Shown piece after piece: positions 63,839 through 64,000 of a stretch of 64,000 bases of DNA (positions are counted from its first letter, which is position 1; every line of letters begins with the position of its first letter). The notes below the pieces were generated by a model. The model saw nothing but the letters and a program-made list of their open reading frames with translations, did no database searches and was not told where the DNA came from. The position numbers and the translations under genes are program-made. This stretch comes from an uncultured Acidobacteriaceae bacterium (lineage in GTDB: Bacteria; Acidobacteriota; Terriglobia; Terriglobales; Acidobacteriaceae): positions 83,605 to 147,604 of the forward strand of contig CAZISB010000001.1 of assembly GCA_964541925.1 (NCBI GenBank), read 5' to 3'.

Positions 63839-64000
63839 TCACAATGTACGAACCCGCTTCCGTCCCAATCCGGGCGGGAGCCGCAATCTGAGCACGCGCT
63901 CTCTCTTGTGCTCTTCTTCGATGGTAAACTCGCGCGCCTTGAGCAAATCATGCAGCCCAATCATCCCGATAAGAACCCGCTCAGAAGTGCTCTTCACCAC
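63839..64000 (-). CDS. C-terminal end of a CBS-domain-containing protein (partial, runs off right edge)
   Basis: My translation of the minus frame from 64000 is VVKSTSERVLIGMIGLHDLLKAREFTIEEEHKRERVLRLRLPPGLGRKRVRTL*. The ...VLIGMIGLHDLLKA segment is a typical CBS strand and helix ending. It is not in the ORF track because there is no start in the window. Confidence 0.5.
   Translation of the reverse strand: MVKSTSERVLIGMIGLHDLLKAREFTIEEEHKRERVLRLRLPPGLGRKRVRTL

Noticed and set aside
63739-63960. 73 aa minus-strand ORF from the track.
   Set aside because: A different frame gives a convincing CBS-domain C-terminus ending at 63839. This ORF also reads through a repeat arm at its 3' end.
1-64000. 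tRNA, rRNA, tmRNA, transposase, integrase, reverse transcriptase and phage genes.
   Set aside because: I saw no T-loop or acceptor-type sequences or rRNA-like stretches. No translated ORF showed DDE, tyrosine or serine recombinase, or RT motifs.

Overview
This is a gene-dense 64 kb chromosomal segment with about 60 supportable CDS, most on the minus strand. All family assignments come from motifs read by eye in the translations; no database search was possible. The gene content looks Acidobacteriota-like (inference): a TonB-dependent receptor with a carboxypeptidase-regulatory-like N-terminus, a PadR-plus-membrane-protein pair, large BNR/sortilin-like proteins, and abundant intergenic oligomer repeats.

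Recognisable blocks, in order:
- A two-component remnant with a Spy/CpxP-like gene.
- A YtxH/DUF948-like stress pair.
- A short dcw cluster, mraZ-rsmH-ftsL-ftsI, with no mur genes after it.
- A TlpA-like oxidoreductase and a PadR operon.
- A sugar MFS transporter, then uvrB.
- A DUF433/DUF5615 pair.
- rpoZ-gmk-yicC, an MsbA-like ABC exporter and rapZ.
- An M50-like protease.
- A cobalamin riboswitch upstream of a TonB-dependent receptor.
- A 1160 aa BNR-repeat protein, a Tat-signal amidase, a GNAT, an FNR-like reductase and secreted repeat proteins.
- A Tat-exported xanthine-dehydrogenase-family FeS/Moco/FAD operon.
- An RNB exoribonuclease, a PilZ protein and an ECF-type sigma factor.
- A complete Rrf2-sufBCDSUT operon.
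- An SDR, glnA and a quinone oxidoreductase.
- A terminal islet of uncharacterised small Cys-rich proteins.

I found no rRNA, tRNA, CRISPR array, transposase, integrase or reverse transcriptase.

The most interesting signals:
1. Single genes are bracketed by inverted arms made of short tandem oligomers. A frameshifted four-helix-bundle gene and a GNAT gene each fill a whole intergenic gap. Cargo-less hairpin copies of the same repeat families occur elsewhere in the window.
2. A decayed copy of the uvrB 3' end lies on the far side of the MFS transporter gene, marking an old insertion or recombination junction.
3. A same-strand islet at about 59.1-63.8 kb carries two paralogous CxxC small proteins, a third Cys protein, a 662 aa secreted protein and a MEDS protein, and has repeat elements at both ends.

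No fully convincing new multi-gene system can be demonstrated from sequence alone.
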